Shown here piece by piece: positions 1-11,779 of a stretch of DNA of 64,000 nucleotides (within the stretch, counting starts at the first letter, position 1; every line of letters begins with the position of its first letter). A model generated the notes under the pieces. It was not told the origin of the DNA. It worked only from the letters and a program-made list of their open reading frames with translations, and did no database searches. Position numbers and translations under genes: made by a program. The DNA lies in assembly GCA_030704615.1 (NCBI GenBank), contig CM060732.1:67208001-67272000 (forward strand), written 5' to 3'. This DNA comes from Takakia lepidozioides (taxonomy: Eukaryota; Plantae; Bryophyta).

Positions 1-499
1 CAAACTCAGAGTTAGGAGGATTCTCGCTGAGGGTGCAAACCATTTTCGTGCCATTGTTGTGAGATACGATGGAGGAAATGTATGGAGCTACCAAGGGGCC
101 ACGTCGGTACTCTAGAGCTGTGGGCACCATCGAGTTTGATGATTTCATACAAAAGTCTGATAGTTGGTGTGATTTGCAGCAGATGCGCAATCCACAACTG
201 TTTACGCCTTTTATGGCATGGAAGGGGTTGTTTCAGCACCTTGAGGGGCCGCCCATGGATGACTACCATGAGTTTAGGCGGGGACACGAGGTGGAGATTG
301 GGGATTGGTGGGTGTATTGGTCACCTGACTATGTCTCCATCACTAGAGGTACAAGGGCAGTGGTGACACCGGTAGCTACACCGGCAGCTTCTGTAAGCGG
401 CAGTTTAGGACGTCAAGTGGAACAGGAGCTAGAAGTCCACCCAAGCTCTTGCTATAGTACCAACACCCGTGCCTGCCTTTAACCCAGTTGTGGAGTTCT

Positions 500-1325
500 T
501 CGAGGAGTTAAGGAGAAACTACCAGGGGATAAGGACGGAGAAATTGCGGAGTTTGTAAGAGTTCCAACGAAAGCCTGCCGAGAGTTTGAGGGAGGCTTAT
601 ACTCGCATGAGGCACTTGATAAACATAACCCAAGGGGTTACAGAAGCTCAGGCAGTCCAGTTCTGGTATGGGATCCTGGACAAGGAGCTGAGAAGAAGGG
701 TGCCGGATGCAACTCTCCTACAAGTGGACCAACCCACCTTAGCAAATGTATTTTTGCTGGTAGAGCGGATAAAACTCAATATGGTGGAGGAGCAAGTGGT
801 CATGGTGGGGTTTGGTAAGGAGACACAACGAAGTGGGGCTCCTGGCCAACAACAACCACTACCCCAACGTGCTCAAGGCAACAAGGGGGCTCAGGCGAAG
901 CCCAGGGAAGGGCCGAGAGGATCTCAATTGCAGAGGTCACTTCCTTCATTCTCAGGCCAACAACAGTCGGGTGTGACATGTTGGGATTGTGGAGGACCCT
1001 AACGGCCATGGCAGCAAGACGTTGCTCTAGCTGGGCAAGTCTATCCACCATGCCTTGGTCATGACCTTGACCTTGACCCTGTGCTCCTTGGTTTTGGTTA
1101 CGTCTTCCACCCCGACCTCTGCCTCATCTACCTCTCTGGACTACATTGCCTCGTCCTCGGCCACCATTGTTCCCTTGGAACTGGCCTAGCCGTAGCTCAG
1201 GATGCAAGTCATAACAATGGCCCTCTTCATGCCCATACTTGCCACAATGCCCACATTGTAGTTGTGTAGGCTCTGCTTGTGCCGGCCCTTTGCCTCTTTC
1301 CGGGCAATCTCTCTTAACATGTGGG
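500..1325 (+). pseudogene. gag: gag with two zinc knuckles; 1000-1325 is inverted
   Basis: Plus strand ends CWDCGGP at 999. The reverse complement of 1000-1325 continues HVKRDC...QCGHCGKYGHEEGHC. Confidence 0.8.
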
Positions 1326-1562
1326 CTTCATGTGTGGAGCCGCATTTTGCAGGACCATTGCATGTGGACTCTGCAGCTGTTGTCACTCGAGCAGCAACGC
1401 GTGCTCCTGAGCCAAGAGGAGCGGATGTGGATTTTGATCCACAAAGAGGGGAAGCAAGTCGGCAGACAAGGCTTCCACAGTCTTTCACATTGGGCTGAGA
1501 CAGTGCCAACTATGCCATCGATGGCACTCGCTCGCCCAAGTGTGTCAGAAGTAGAGCCATAA

Positions 1563-2936
1563 GTGTCACTGGGGAGAGTTGGTATGATTCGAGAAATGCT
1601 AGTGGGTGGTACTGCAAAGCAAGGTGCATCCAGTACATTGTTGGGGGCGGCTACGGAAATTTGCCAAGCTCCATTGTTTTCTGCCACGACAATTGCAATG
1701 CCGGGGATGCGGTCAACTGCGGTGTTTAGACTGGCAGCTACACTCTGTGAGAGTGGTGATGCATCGGCACTATCTACGGGGATAGCGGATCAGGTGCAGT
1801 GCATGGATTCCTTGGATTCAAGGGTGAAAACAGCCACAGCTGCGCCATGGCAAGCGGCAGCTGCAAGGTTGCAAGAGTTGCCAGCTAGACCAGCCATTGA
1901 GCGTAGTATGGTGACTCCTGGGGTAGTCCTGGTGGACAATAAGGATGGTGTGTTTCAGTTGGGTGGCCCAACCGGGAGGAGGTATAGGCCACTGCGGGTC
2001 TTGTTGGACTCGGGAGCACAACCATTGATGTTGGGGAGAGCAGCAATTGCAGGCTTGGGCCTTACAGAGGCGGATTTGGAGCCTTGTCATTTCCAAATTC
2101 AAACATCTTTGGGCAGTTTAGAGAAGGCACGAGGGATTACACGCCATGAGCTCTTCATTCGATTGCAGCCAGATCATCCTACAGATGGCTCTGTCATGAA
2201 AGCTAAAGCCATTGTTACGGACGCGATGTCTTATGATGTGCTTGTTGGTGGGGCTGTGTTATACCCGATGGGCTTTACTTGGGACTTTTGGGAGGAAACG
2301 GCATCCTACAGGCCGAAATGCCAGTCAGGGGATGGTCGACGTGCACTGCTCCCGGTGCAGTTTATTGGGAATGTAGCGGTGGATCATAGGAACATGATGC
2401 CCACATTGGCTGCATTCTCAGGGGTGGTGGCTTGGGGTGGTGAGCTCTTGGAGGGCAATAGCCATGCAGATGATAGGCCACCACCTGATGAGGACAAACA
2501 ATTGGCATACAAGGCTGATTTGCTTCCTCACGTGCCTGTGCATATTCCACTGTGGGGTACGGTTGGGAATTTGCATCGAGTAGGAGGCGAGTGTGTACAC
2601 CAAGCATGGCAGGAGGTCTTTCCATTGGTGAGTGAGGGGAGTTCAGTGACATCAGCAGTGAGTGGGGGCGAGCACAGGATCATGGGGTGCAAACACCCAT
2701 GGCAGATGTGGGATGAGATGCGGAAAGAGAGAGTCCTTGGATCTCTCAAGCAGCAATATGAGGAGTGGGGAGAGCCATACACTGAGGATCAGTTGGAGGC
2801 CAAGATGGCCAATGTTTTTGAAGAGGTTGAGAATGTTTCTTCCCCAGAGGATGTTCTCAAGGTGGTCATGGCAGAGCAAGTGGAGGCTACACCACAGTCA
2901 GATTGGGCGGACAAGGCCCAAGAGGTTGCTATCTAG
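1563..2936 (+). CDS. Retrotransposon aspartic protease-containing ORF
   Basis: RVLLDSGAQPLMLG active-site motif and YDVLVG C-terminal motif. Confidence 0.85.
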   Translation: MSLGRVGMIREMLVGGTAKQGASSTLLGAATEICQAPLFSATTIAMPGMRSTAVFRLAATLCESGDASALSTGIADQVQCMDSLDSRVKTATAAPWQAAAARLQELPARPAIERSMVTPGVVLVDNKDGVFQLGGPTGRRYRPLRVLLDSGAQPLMLGRAAIAGLGLTEADLEPCHFQIQTSLGSLEKARGITRHELFIRLQPDHPTDGSVMKAKAIVTDAMSYDVLVGGAVLYPMGFTWDFWEETASYRPKCQSGDGRRALLPVQFIGNVAVDHRNMMPTLAAFSGVVAWGGELLEGNSHADDRPPPDEDKQLAYKADLLPHVPVHIPLWGTVGNLHRVGGECVHQAWQEVFPLVSEGSSVTSAVSGGEHRIMGCKHPWQMWDEMRKERVLGSLKQQYEEWGEPYTEDQLEAKMANVFEEVENVSSPEDVLKVVMAEQVEATPQSDWADKAQEVAI

Positions 2937-3059
2937 CAACCAAAGGATTTGTCTCCTACCCCCAAGCCTAATGTACCCAAGGTTGCAGTCACTGAGGACA
3001 ATTGGGAACCAGATGTTGGACCTACAGTCATCGGAGGAGAGAGACGGAGGATCCAGTGA

Positions 3060-4747
3060 TTTCTAAGGGCTTATATAAATTGCTTTGCCTTCGGTTTGAA
3101 GGATTTGGGGAGTTTGAAGGGTCAGGAGATTCGTATTGATTTGGCAAGTGACACGCCAATCTTTCGAAGGCCCTACCGGTATAGTGACATGGAGAGGTCA
3201 TTGATCCAGTCACGGACTATGGAGTTGTTCGAAGCTGGATTGGTGGAGTTGTCAGGCGGGGAGTATGCCTCGGCAACGGTGATGCCAGCTAAGAAGGTTA
3301 TCTATGGGGACAGAAAAAAGGATGTGTGGGGACTATCGTCCTGTGAACCATCAGACTAAGTCCGATAGATATGTCATGCCAACTCTAGAGGAAATCTTTG
3401 ATGCCATTGGGCATGCGAAGGTATTTTGCACATTGGACTTGCGATCCGGTTACCACCAGTTGCCAATCAAAGAGGCTGACAAGCAAAAGACGACATTCTG
3501 GGGGATTGACCAACATGGGAAGGATTGCTTGTACCAATGGTGGTTCTTACCGTTTGGGCTGAAGAATGCTCTTGTAGAGTTTCAGAGGGTCATGGATAGG
3601 ATTCTCGCGGGGCTAGACTTCTTCCGGTGCTACATTGATGACATCATCGTCTTTAGTGCTACGGTTGAGGAGCATGAGAGACACCTTCAGGTGGTGTTTG
3701 AGCACTTGAGAGCGCACAGGTTGAAATTGCACCCTGGGAAGTGCAAGTTCTTCCACAACCAGATTGAGTATCTGAGCCACATGATATACCCTGGAGGATT
3801 GGGTGTTCAAAAAACGAAGGTGGAGGCCATTGCATGCATTCCATGCCCCAAAGATGTTAGCAGAGTTCGTGCTTTCATGGGGTTGGCAAACTACTATCGA
3901 CGGTTTGTCAAGGGATTTAGCAGCATTGCAAAGGCTCTTACCAAGTTGACCAAGGTGGGTCAGGAGTGGCAATGGGAGGAGGAACAGGAAGAAGCCTTTG
4001 AGGAACTCAAAGCTCGATTGACTTCTGCACCTATTCTGAGGCGGCCTTTCCAGCTACATATGGATTGGAGTATGTTGGGGATTGGAGCAGTGCTCACATA
4101 GGTGGATGATGAGGGAAGAGAGTTCGTAGTGGCATATGTTAGCCGCTCGAACAATGATGCCGAGGCGAAGTATAGTTCCTATGAAGGGGAGTGTCTAGCT
4201 GTAGTATGGGCAGTGGCACATTTTAGATGCTACCCACAAATCACAAATGAAGTTAGGGTTCCGTAAATTGTATACATCAAAGATCTAGTCTACTGCAGTT
4301 GTGAGGGCTAAGATGCTTAGATGAACTCACCTCCAACGTTGCTGCATACACAGAACCCAGTTCATCACCACCAACATGCACCAGTTGAGTATGCTTAGGC
4401 CATGGAAGGGTGCCACTATTCCGCAAACGCCAAATCTTGGTAAAATGCGATCATACTTCACAATGGTTGCAGGAAGCTCAAAGATCTTATGGGATAAGAG
4501 GAAAAAAGAAACAAGAAAGAGAGGGGGTCACAAAGCTCATGTTTGGGCAAATCACACACAGCAGATCGATGTCAACCTTGTCACGGATCACCAACCATTG
4601 AAGTGGTTGATGGATTCAGACAAGCTTACAAGGAAGCTTGCACGGTGGGCATTTATGCTTCAAGAGTACGACTTCCAGGTGGTGCATCGAGCCGGAATAG
4701 TCAACCAGGATGCGGATGGATTGAGTTGCAATCCATGCACAAAGTGA
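3060..4747 (+). pseudogene. pol: Reverse transcriptase and RNase H (frameshifted, with a foreign insert at about 4234-4575)
   Basis: RMCGDYR, LDLRSGYHQ, PFGLKNA, YIDDII, FQLHMDWS, YEGECLAVVWAVAHFRCY and TDHQPLKWL. Confidence 0.93.
4234..4575 (-). pseudogene. Captured fragment of a host NBR1-like gene (FW domain exon plus intron)
   Basis: Minus strand 4446-4331 reads FTKIWRLRNSGTLPWPKHTQLVHVGGDELGSVYAATLE, followed by a gtgagt donor. It interrupts RNase H. Confidence 0.75.
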
Positions 4748-5120
4748 GCTTGATGATACAGGAGCTCGTTGGCATGGTGAGACGGACGAGGAGATGGTGC
4801 CAGGATGGCACGCATTTGTCTTTTTATGCATTCTAGCAATGGAAGCTCAAGCTGGTCCATCCCATGCGATTGGTCATAGAGATTGTGTGCATGATGATCC
4901 ACATATAAGTGAGGAGCTTGGTGGTGCTAAGGATATACATGAAGATACAGCAGTGTTGGCCTACCTTCGTACTAGAGAGACAGCAGCCAGTGTAACTGCT
5001 AAGGAGAGAGATCGGATCCTACAACGAGCCAAGAGGTTCAAGTGGGAAGGGACTCACCTACTCCGAGTATGGGAGGATGGACGAGTGAGGATTGTGCCTC
5101 ATCGAACACAACGACCGTGA

Positions 5121-6383
5121 TTGGTACGCCATGCCCATGAGGAGTTGGGACATTTTGGGGTGCGACGCACTCATAGTTTGCTGCAAGGACAGTATTGGTG
5201 GCGGGGCATGCACACGGATGTGCAACAGTTAGTGGCAAGGTGCATGGTGTGTGATAGAATGCGGGCTTCTTTCAATGCACCTACTCCACAATTGCATCCT
5301 TTACCCATTATGGGTTTGGGCTATCGTTGGATTCTTGACTTCGCATGCCCATTGCCACTAACGATTCGCCATAGCAAGTATGTGATGGTGATGGTGGAAC
5401 ATTTCTCCAAATGGATTGAACTGGTGGCATTGCCTGACAAGGCAAGTGAGGGGGCTGCGTATGCATTCTTAGATCGAGTGCTTAGCCAATTTGGTGCTCC
5501 AGCCAAGGTACTCACGGACCAAGGGAGAGAGTTCTTGGGGGAGTTTCAGGCTTTGTGTGAGCAAGCCTTGATAGATCACTGCACTACTTCTCGGGATCAT
5601 CCCGAGGCTGATGGCTTGGCCGAGAGGGTTGTGCAAATAGTCAAGCGAGGCTTGTGCAAGTATGGCTTGCAGAAAGGACACTTGGGAGATTGGGATCTTC
5701 AGCTACCTTGGTTGGCCATGGATTACAGGTTTAGCAAGCAAGCATCACTTGCCTCGTTCTCGCCTTATTTCCTTCTCTTTGGCCGAGAGCCAGATTTGCC
5801 TGCATCTATTCGCAGGGAGACTACAGTAGTCCTCAACCTTGATGATCCGGATGTGTGGACACAAGCATGTGCCCAACGGGCAGAGTTGTTCAAGAGAGTC
5901 ATGCCCATGGCTTTTGAGAATCTTGTTATTGCCCAACACCAAGACATATTGAGGTACGCCACTATACGTGGAGGGGGATATCGGCCAGGTGTTCGGCGTT
6001 TCCATCCTGGGGACTATGTGTATCTACAGCAGACAGCGCCTATAACCTTGGATGTCACATCAGGTCGTGTGATTCTAAGGGTCTGGGAGGTGTTGCCTTC
6101 AGGAGTGTTGATTCTGGAGGGTCGAGATGGCATGGTATGGAAGGACCATGTGCGTAATTGTGCGTCATGTCACCTTCCACATGTAGATGGGAGGATAGAT
6201 CCCAACCTTGCAGTGGTACCTGCAGGGTTGCGTTGCATGCTATGTGGGCATGCTGGTGGTGCCACGACCATGTTGGTGTGTAACAAATGCTCAAGGGGGT
6301 GGCACATGGGATGCTTGACACCGCCACTTGAGGAGGTCCCTATTGGAGAATGGTTGTGTCCACGATGCCTTGGACAAAGGTAG
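5121..6383 (+). CDS. Integrase with C-terminal PHD finger
   Basis: HAHEELGH...CMVC, ILDFA, TDQG, GLAER, then CMLC...CNKCSRGWHMGCLTPPL...WLCPRC (C4HC3). Confidence 0.92.
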   Translation: MVRHAHEELGHFGVRRTHSLLQGQYWWRGMHTDVQQLVARCMVCDRMRASFNAPTPQLHPLPIMGLGYRWILDFACPLPLTIRHSKYVMVMVEHFSKWIELVALPDKASEGAAYAFLDRVLSQFGAPAKVLTDQGREFLGEFQALCEQALIDHCTTSRDHPEADGLAERVVQIVKRGLCKYGLQKGHLGDWDLQLPWLAMDYRFSKQASLASFSPYFLLFGREPDLPASIRRETTVVLNLDDPDVWTQACAQRAELFKRVMPMAFENLVIAQHQDILRYATIRGGGYRPGVRRFHPGDYVYLQQTAPITLDVTSGRVILRVWEVLPSGVLILEGRDGMVWKDHVRNCASCHLPHVDGRIDPNLAVVPAGLRCMLCGHAGGATTMLVCNKCSRGWHMGCLTPPLEEVPIGEWLCPRCLGQR

Positions 6384-6715
6384 TGGGCATGACAATGGTG
6401 AGGCGGACAAGTGATCCAAGGTCTAGCTAGTGAGGCTTCAATGTCATGGATAATCAACTGAAGATCATGGATTGCATGAAGGCGACTAACGATGGGGCTA
6501 CATTTGCACCCGACATCTTGATCTATCGACTTCAGGTGTTGGGACTTGTGCAATTGAAGACCAAGTGATGATCTTATTGAGATGGATACTTGTCAGCTAT
6601 CCGGTGTTAGAGGGACCTAATCACCAGCTAGGGGGGCGATTGTGGCATAGCTTTCTAGGATTGTGTGCTTAGAATGTATAGTGGACAACGATGTATGTTG
6701 TGGCGCGATGCTTAG

Positions 6716-7685
6716 GTGCACGACACAATCCTTGTTATGGTAGATCATTTTACGAAGATGACACATTTCATTCCATGTAATAAGACGGTTACCGGCGAGG
6801 AAACTGCAAGACTCTTTCTCAATAATATCTACCCGCATTCATGGACTCCCAAAGGACATCGTATCTTATGGAGGACCACAGTTCATATCAAATTTCTGGA
6901 GGGGATTATTTCACATATTGGATACTAAGATCAACCTCTCTACAGCTAATCATCCACAGACTGATGGTCAAACCGAACGTATAAACCAGATTTTGGAGCA
7001 GTATCTTCGTTGTACAATAAATTATCACCAAGATAATTGGACGGACCTTCTATCATTGGCTGAGTTTGCCTACAACAATACTATAAATTCTTCGACCAAA
7101 CAAACTCCATTTTTCTCCAATTATGGTCATCATCCTCGAGCAAACCCTTTCCACATGAAAACTGTTGGAAGCCCTGCTACAGAAAACCTTGCTACTCATC
7201 TTGCTACGATTCACAAAGAGCTTACATCCCACCTCGCAGAAGCTCAAAAACAATACAAGGAGTATGCAAATCAACGTCACCAACTCCAACCCCAGTTCAA
7301 GGTCGGAGATCGTGTGTGGCTTCTTCAACGGGACATACAAACCTCGCAACCATCAAGGAAGTTGGATTATCAACGCCTGGGACCATTCAAAATTATTCGA
7401 CAAATAAATCAGATCAGTTTTCGGCTTCAACTCCCACGAAGTATGCGCATCCATCCAGTCTTTCATGTTTCATTATTGGAGTTGTATCATCCATCGAATA
7501 TTCCAGGGAGATTTTCCGTACCACCTCCACCAATCGAAGTCAATCAGGAAATCGAGTATGAAGTCGACGAAGTCATAGACTCTCGCATCAAGTATAAACG
7601 TTTTGAGTATTTCATACATTGGAAAGGCTACGACATCAGCGAACGAACGTGGGAACCTTCATCCAACCTCGCCAATGCCTCTGAC
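6716..7685 (+). pseudogene. Chromovirus (Tcn1-like) integrase core, GPF region and chromodomain fragment
   Basis: VDHFTKMTHFIP, HPQTDGQTER, GPF..HPVFHVSLL and EYEVDEVIDSR..EYFIHWKGY..ERTWEP. Frameshifted and cut at 7686 by a CACTA end. Confidence 0.9.
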
Positions 7686-8200
7686 CACTAGTACAAAAAA
7701 CGGGTTTCATGACACTTTTTTTTACTGTTTTCATGACTCTTTTGGTCATTTTGACTATTTTTTTACTCTTTTGAAAAGAGTCATGGAGACCGTGTCGTTA
7801 CAATGACTCTAATATCTGCATCGTGAATATGACTACGGGTGACATCCCCTAGTGAGTAAGATACATGACCCTGTTTTTCGTCACGTCCGTGACCGTTTCC
7901 TAGCAACACACGACTCTCACTGAACTGCGATGTGTCAATTTCAGATGATGACAGGTGTAGGGACGACGCTATCTCTCACGCATGCCACAACGTACCACGT
8001 GTTCATGATGTTCAGCGATACCACGTGTTGAAATCTAGCAACTTTTTCAAGAGTCATGGATCTGACTATAGATGCATTTGTGCCCGGACACATGGCGCGC
8101 TCTGTATGGTTTCTTCCAGTCAAATGATATTGACCAGGATAGAGGCATATACATGATCATTTTTGGTCATTTTCGGTCATACCCACGACATTTTTGAGGT
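7686..8200 (+). mobile_element. CACTA transposon terminus with subterminal repeats
   Basis: CACTAGTACAAAAAA at 7686, followed by many (T)CATGAC/GTCATG repeats in both orientations. Matching end not found. Confidence 0.75.
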
Positions 8201-8241
8201 CAGATGTTTTTTGTTTTTTTTTGGGGTTTTTTTTAAATGCG

Positions 8242-8550
8242 TGCAATCGCAAATATTGGCGGTAACATACTTTAAAAAAAAATAAAAATACATGCGATCG
8301 CCAATATTGGCACTTGTATGTTTTTTTTTTTTTTTAATGCATACCATCGACATTATTTACGGTCGCACATTTGATTAAACCAAAGATAGATGGTGGAATC
8401 GTAATTTTGGTGCTCGCATTAATAAAAATAAATGATGCGTCTGCCAATATATGTGGTCATATGTATTCAAAAGATAAATGTTGCGACTGCCAATATCTTG
8501 TGCATGAAAAAAAAATCAAAATGATGCGACCGTCAATATTGGTGATCCCA
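8242..8550. repeat. Seven degenerate copies of an approximately 26-bp palindrome (TGCGACCGCCAATATTGGCGGTCGCA) at 42-52 bp spacing
   Basis: Copies start at about 8242, 8293, 8342, 8394, 8436, 8482 and 8525, separated by A/T-rich spacers. Confidence 0.7.
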
Positions 8551-9233
8551 TACATATTTATATCTTGGTTTTTAAATACAGTAAAATTTTATCCACGTGG
8601 ATCGTCATCTCGATATCCAAGATAAAATAAATAAAATAAAAATTACATATGATAACGTCTGTTTGGACGTGACGTCATATGTCAGGTCATGTCCATATAT
8701 GCAACTACGGTACTTAAGCACCATGTTTCAAATGATATATTTTACCAGCACTAGTATTTGTCTGGAAGTAGTAATTTTATCTAATGTTGTCAAATTATTC
8801 ACCAAACGAATAATTTTTGTATTTGGAATATGTATGTACATTTTAGGGTATCCTTAGGCAGGTCAAAATCATCCCAAAGGTATGATAAAGCTGCAGGAAA
8901 ACCCTTCTAAAGTTTAGAGAAAGATAGACACTCACTTTTGTACAGGTGGACTAGTGACAACGATGAAAACATAGGGGTTGAGGAGGCTGATTGCAGCCTG
9001 TAGGCCGCTCGCACGACTTGCCATTAGCGGTTTTCTACAATGAAAACAGAACAAAACATATATATTAAAGAAAAGAAATTGAAAGATGCACAGAGAAAGA
9101 GACTCACGGGGGTTTTGTGGAGATAGAGCTACAGTAATGACCTAAGAAAAGTCCACATTTGTAAAATGGACAAGCCCCCTTCAACTCCATAGCTTAACCT
9201 CGACATGTTGCACCCATATCTCTCGGGTAGATG

Positions 9234-9572
9234 TAGGGTAAGGTGGACCAAAATTGGCGTCACTGGCACAGTTTTAGTGACTGTCGTGCATGATATCATG
9301 AATTACTTTGAATAGAATCAATAATGTTGAGAAACATTTTCCATGCTGGATTCCTAACTTCAATATCTACCTATATCAACCGTCAAATTGTCAATCGAAT
9401 AAAATGTCCAAGAAGTATGGACTTTTGAACATAACAACTGTGGACTGTCATCGCTGCAAATGGAAATACAGGGACTCAAAATAAGCCATTATGGGGAAAT
9501 ATCATCAATTTAAATTTGGTCATGGACTTCCATGGAAGGCAACATCTGCCGTTTTCGGTCCAACTTATCCTG
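9234..9572. mobile_element. Tc1/mariner(pogo)-like MITE
   Basis: Imperfect 24-bp TIRs (agggtaaggtggaccaaaattggc / gccgttttcggtccaacttatcct), with TA on the right flank. Confidence 0.5.
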
Positions 9573-11118
9573 TAACTACCCTCTCCCACTAAGAAGAATA
9601 AATGGGTGTATGAGGCAAAAACACAAAAATAAAACGCTCAAGTCCATGCAGTCCTAGTGTATTGATCAACCAAACGTGTTCCCACACCTACCAACTTTTT
9701 GAGTTTTTTTTACCTGAACTTTTTGAAGTTCTTGAATCAAATTCGCACTTTCTTGCCAAACTTAAAATAGTGAGGATAACTAGAAAAGTAGGGTGTCATA
9801 CTGATTTGTATTTAACCCTTAAGCGACGAGCACCTCTTGGGTGAGCCCGTCCTGAATGAGTATATAGCCTCATTCATGAGGTCATATCTACCTACCCTGA
9901 ATCATCCAGGGAAATGAACCTTACAAATCCATCCCTATCTGCGTCATCCACAATGTAGCAAAATCGCATGATTCTTGACCGTTGAATTTGTGAGATTATA
10001 ACAAAACTATTTGCCTCCCAGGTGTTTCCCTTTTTTCAAAATAAAAATAAAAATAATAAAATAATAAAATAATAATGTGGGTTGTTAAGAGCCATGAGAA
10101 CATTTGGTCTATCAAATGGAGTGATTGTTCAGCCAATTATTCTAGGATTTCTCAGAGCTAAGGAAAATATTTTCCTAGAGCTTTATGCCTTGAAACATGC
10201 ATTTGGAGATTTGATATTTGGAGTTTGTTTGAGATTTTAGGCATTTTTTTGTAAAGTTTCTGGAATTTCGGCAGTTTTTCCTAAATTTTCACTTAATTAT
10301 TAGACAGATTCATTTCTAATTATTTAGTGTCGGATCAGCCTTCCCACTATGGTAGGTCATGTGGTGGGCCACAATGGAACTCCAATGAACCCTTTTAACT
10401 CATACATGATCATGATGACACCACTTAATGGACAAGTTAATAACCATCGGCGCGCACTTTGAGAGCATTATGAAGTCGAAACTGGAAGATTGAACCTTAA
10501 CATGTAGGAGAGGGGATCACATTCCGCTATCAACAATCCCAATTGAGTTTCACCTAGATCAACGATCAGGATTGAGTTCAAATGGACCTTGAGCTCCGTT
10601 TTCTTTAAGGTGGGAGATTACTTTAAGGTCAATAAATGGTTATGTTAGTTGACTGACATGGTCCATGTTACTACGTTGTGCACTAAAGTGAAAGAGGATG
10701 CACACTTTTTGGGCACCTTTTGCTCCAGACAAAGTGTACTTGTTGTTCAAAATAGTACCCCCTACTAGACCATTCAAGGTTATTCCATGATTTCGAATTG
10801 AATATTCACCAATATTACAATTTTTTTTTAATAAATTAAATTTCATTTCTATGTGCCCACATCAGAAAAATATATACGACGACACTGCACACCTGAAACT
10901 GCACACATTTATCAAATGATCCATTTTAAGTGTTTCTACCTTATTCCTATTGTCTTCCCAACTGTCCCCTGTTCCCTTTACCAAAAAAAAAACAAAAAAC
11001 AAAATAAAAATCTAAGCACATGAGGAGTGAGCCGAACCCACTTGAGCGCTAAAATTACCGTTGGTAAGTTGATCAGCTATAGGCCCTCCTTCCATGGGTT
11101 ATAAGATATAACCCTTAA

Positions 11119-11617
11119 CCCTTAAGTTCCCAAGCCAAGCTTTTTGGACTTTGTACCAATTTTGGGTACCCATATCTGCAGTAAATTACCCCTAGAAACC
11201 TACCAAAAATCATCCAGAGATTCCAACCTTATAGGAGTGGCCCAGCTCATTTATGCATGACATACCAACGGTGGATGTGTGTATGTGCGGTAATGCTCAC
11301 ACACCACAAGGTGAAGTGCTTTTTACAAAATTGCTATATCTTTGGCAAAAATGGCCTTTGGAGTGCAATATGTTTTGGGCTTGTTTACCTGCCACGTCAG
11401 CGGTCAACAAGCCCTTTTCAGGCCCAAAATGTAAATGAGTGATCTTTGTAGGTTGGAGCTCTTGTTTTTTTTTTTTTTTTTTTTTGGGCATCATACTCAA
11501 GACAAATCCCTTGTCATTAAAGCTTCAGGAGTGGGCCCCATCGGACTAGATCTGCAAAAATTAGGTCGAACTGAAAATTCAAAGTGACCCCATTCAGGTC
11601 CCTTAGGAACTTAAGGG
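11119..11617. mobile_element. piggyBac-like MITE
   Basis: TTAA|CCCTTAAGTTCCCAAG ... CTTAGGAACTTAAGGG|TTAA: 15/16 TIR match with TTAA on both flanks. Confidence 0.75.
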
Positions 11618-11779
11618 TTAAGCGCCTAGTGTGTATGTTTGACTTTTAGAAAAGCACGACCCCTCTATCATTTTGTGAAAAATCCGAATTTTCAGAAAGT
11701 GACCGCATATATATATATACCCCTTTTCTCATATATATATATGACGCCTCCAAAAAGAAGCGAAAATTATCTTGACCAT

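Larger units (their letters stand above)
1..6718 (+). mobile_element. Degenerate Ty3/gypsy LTR retrotransposon (gag-PR-RT-RH-INT-PHD); 5' end outside window, 3' LTR truncated
   Basis: Gag helix region (586-1000), protease LLDSGA, RT YIDD, RNase H DWS/TDHQPL, integrase HHCC plus D,D35E, PHD. Purine tract agctaggggggcgat at 6626-6640 is followed by a TG LTR start at 6641. Confidence 0.93.

Noticed and set aside
2400-3060. Extra enzymatic domain (e.g. cytosine methyltransferase) between gypsy protease and RT
   Set aside because: The spacer is long but shows no recognisable motif
8242-8550. CRISPR array
   Set aside because: Repeats are degenerate, spacers are low-complexity A/T tracts, and no cas genes are present
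8936-8956. Right TIR of the CACTA element
   Set aside because: ttttgtac...tagtg is interrupted by 8 bp and the 3-bp TSD does not match
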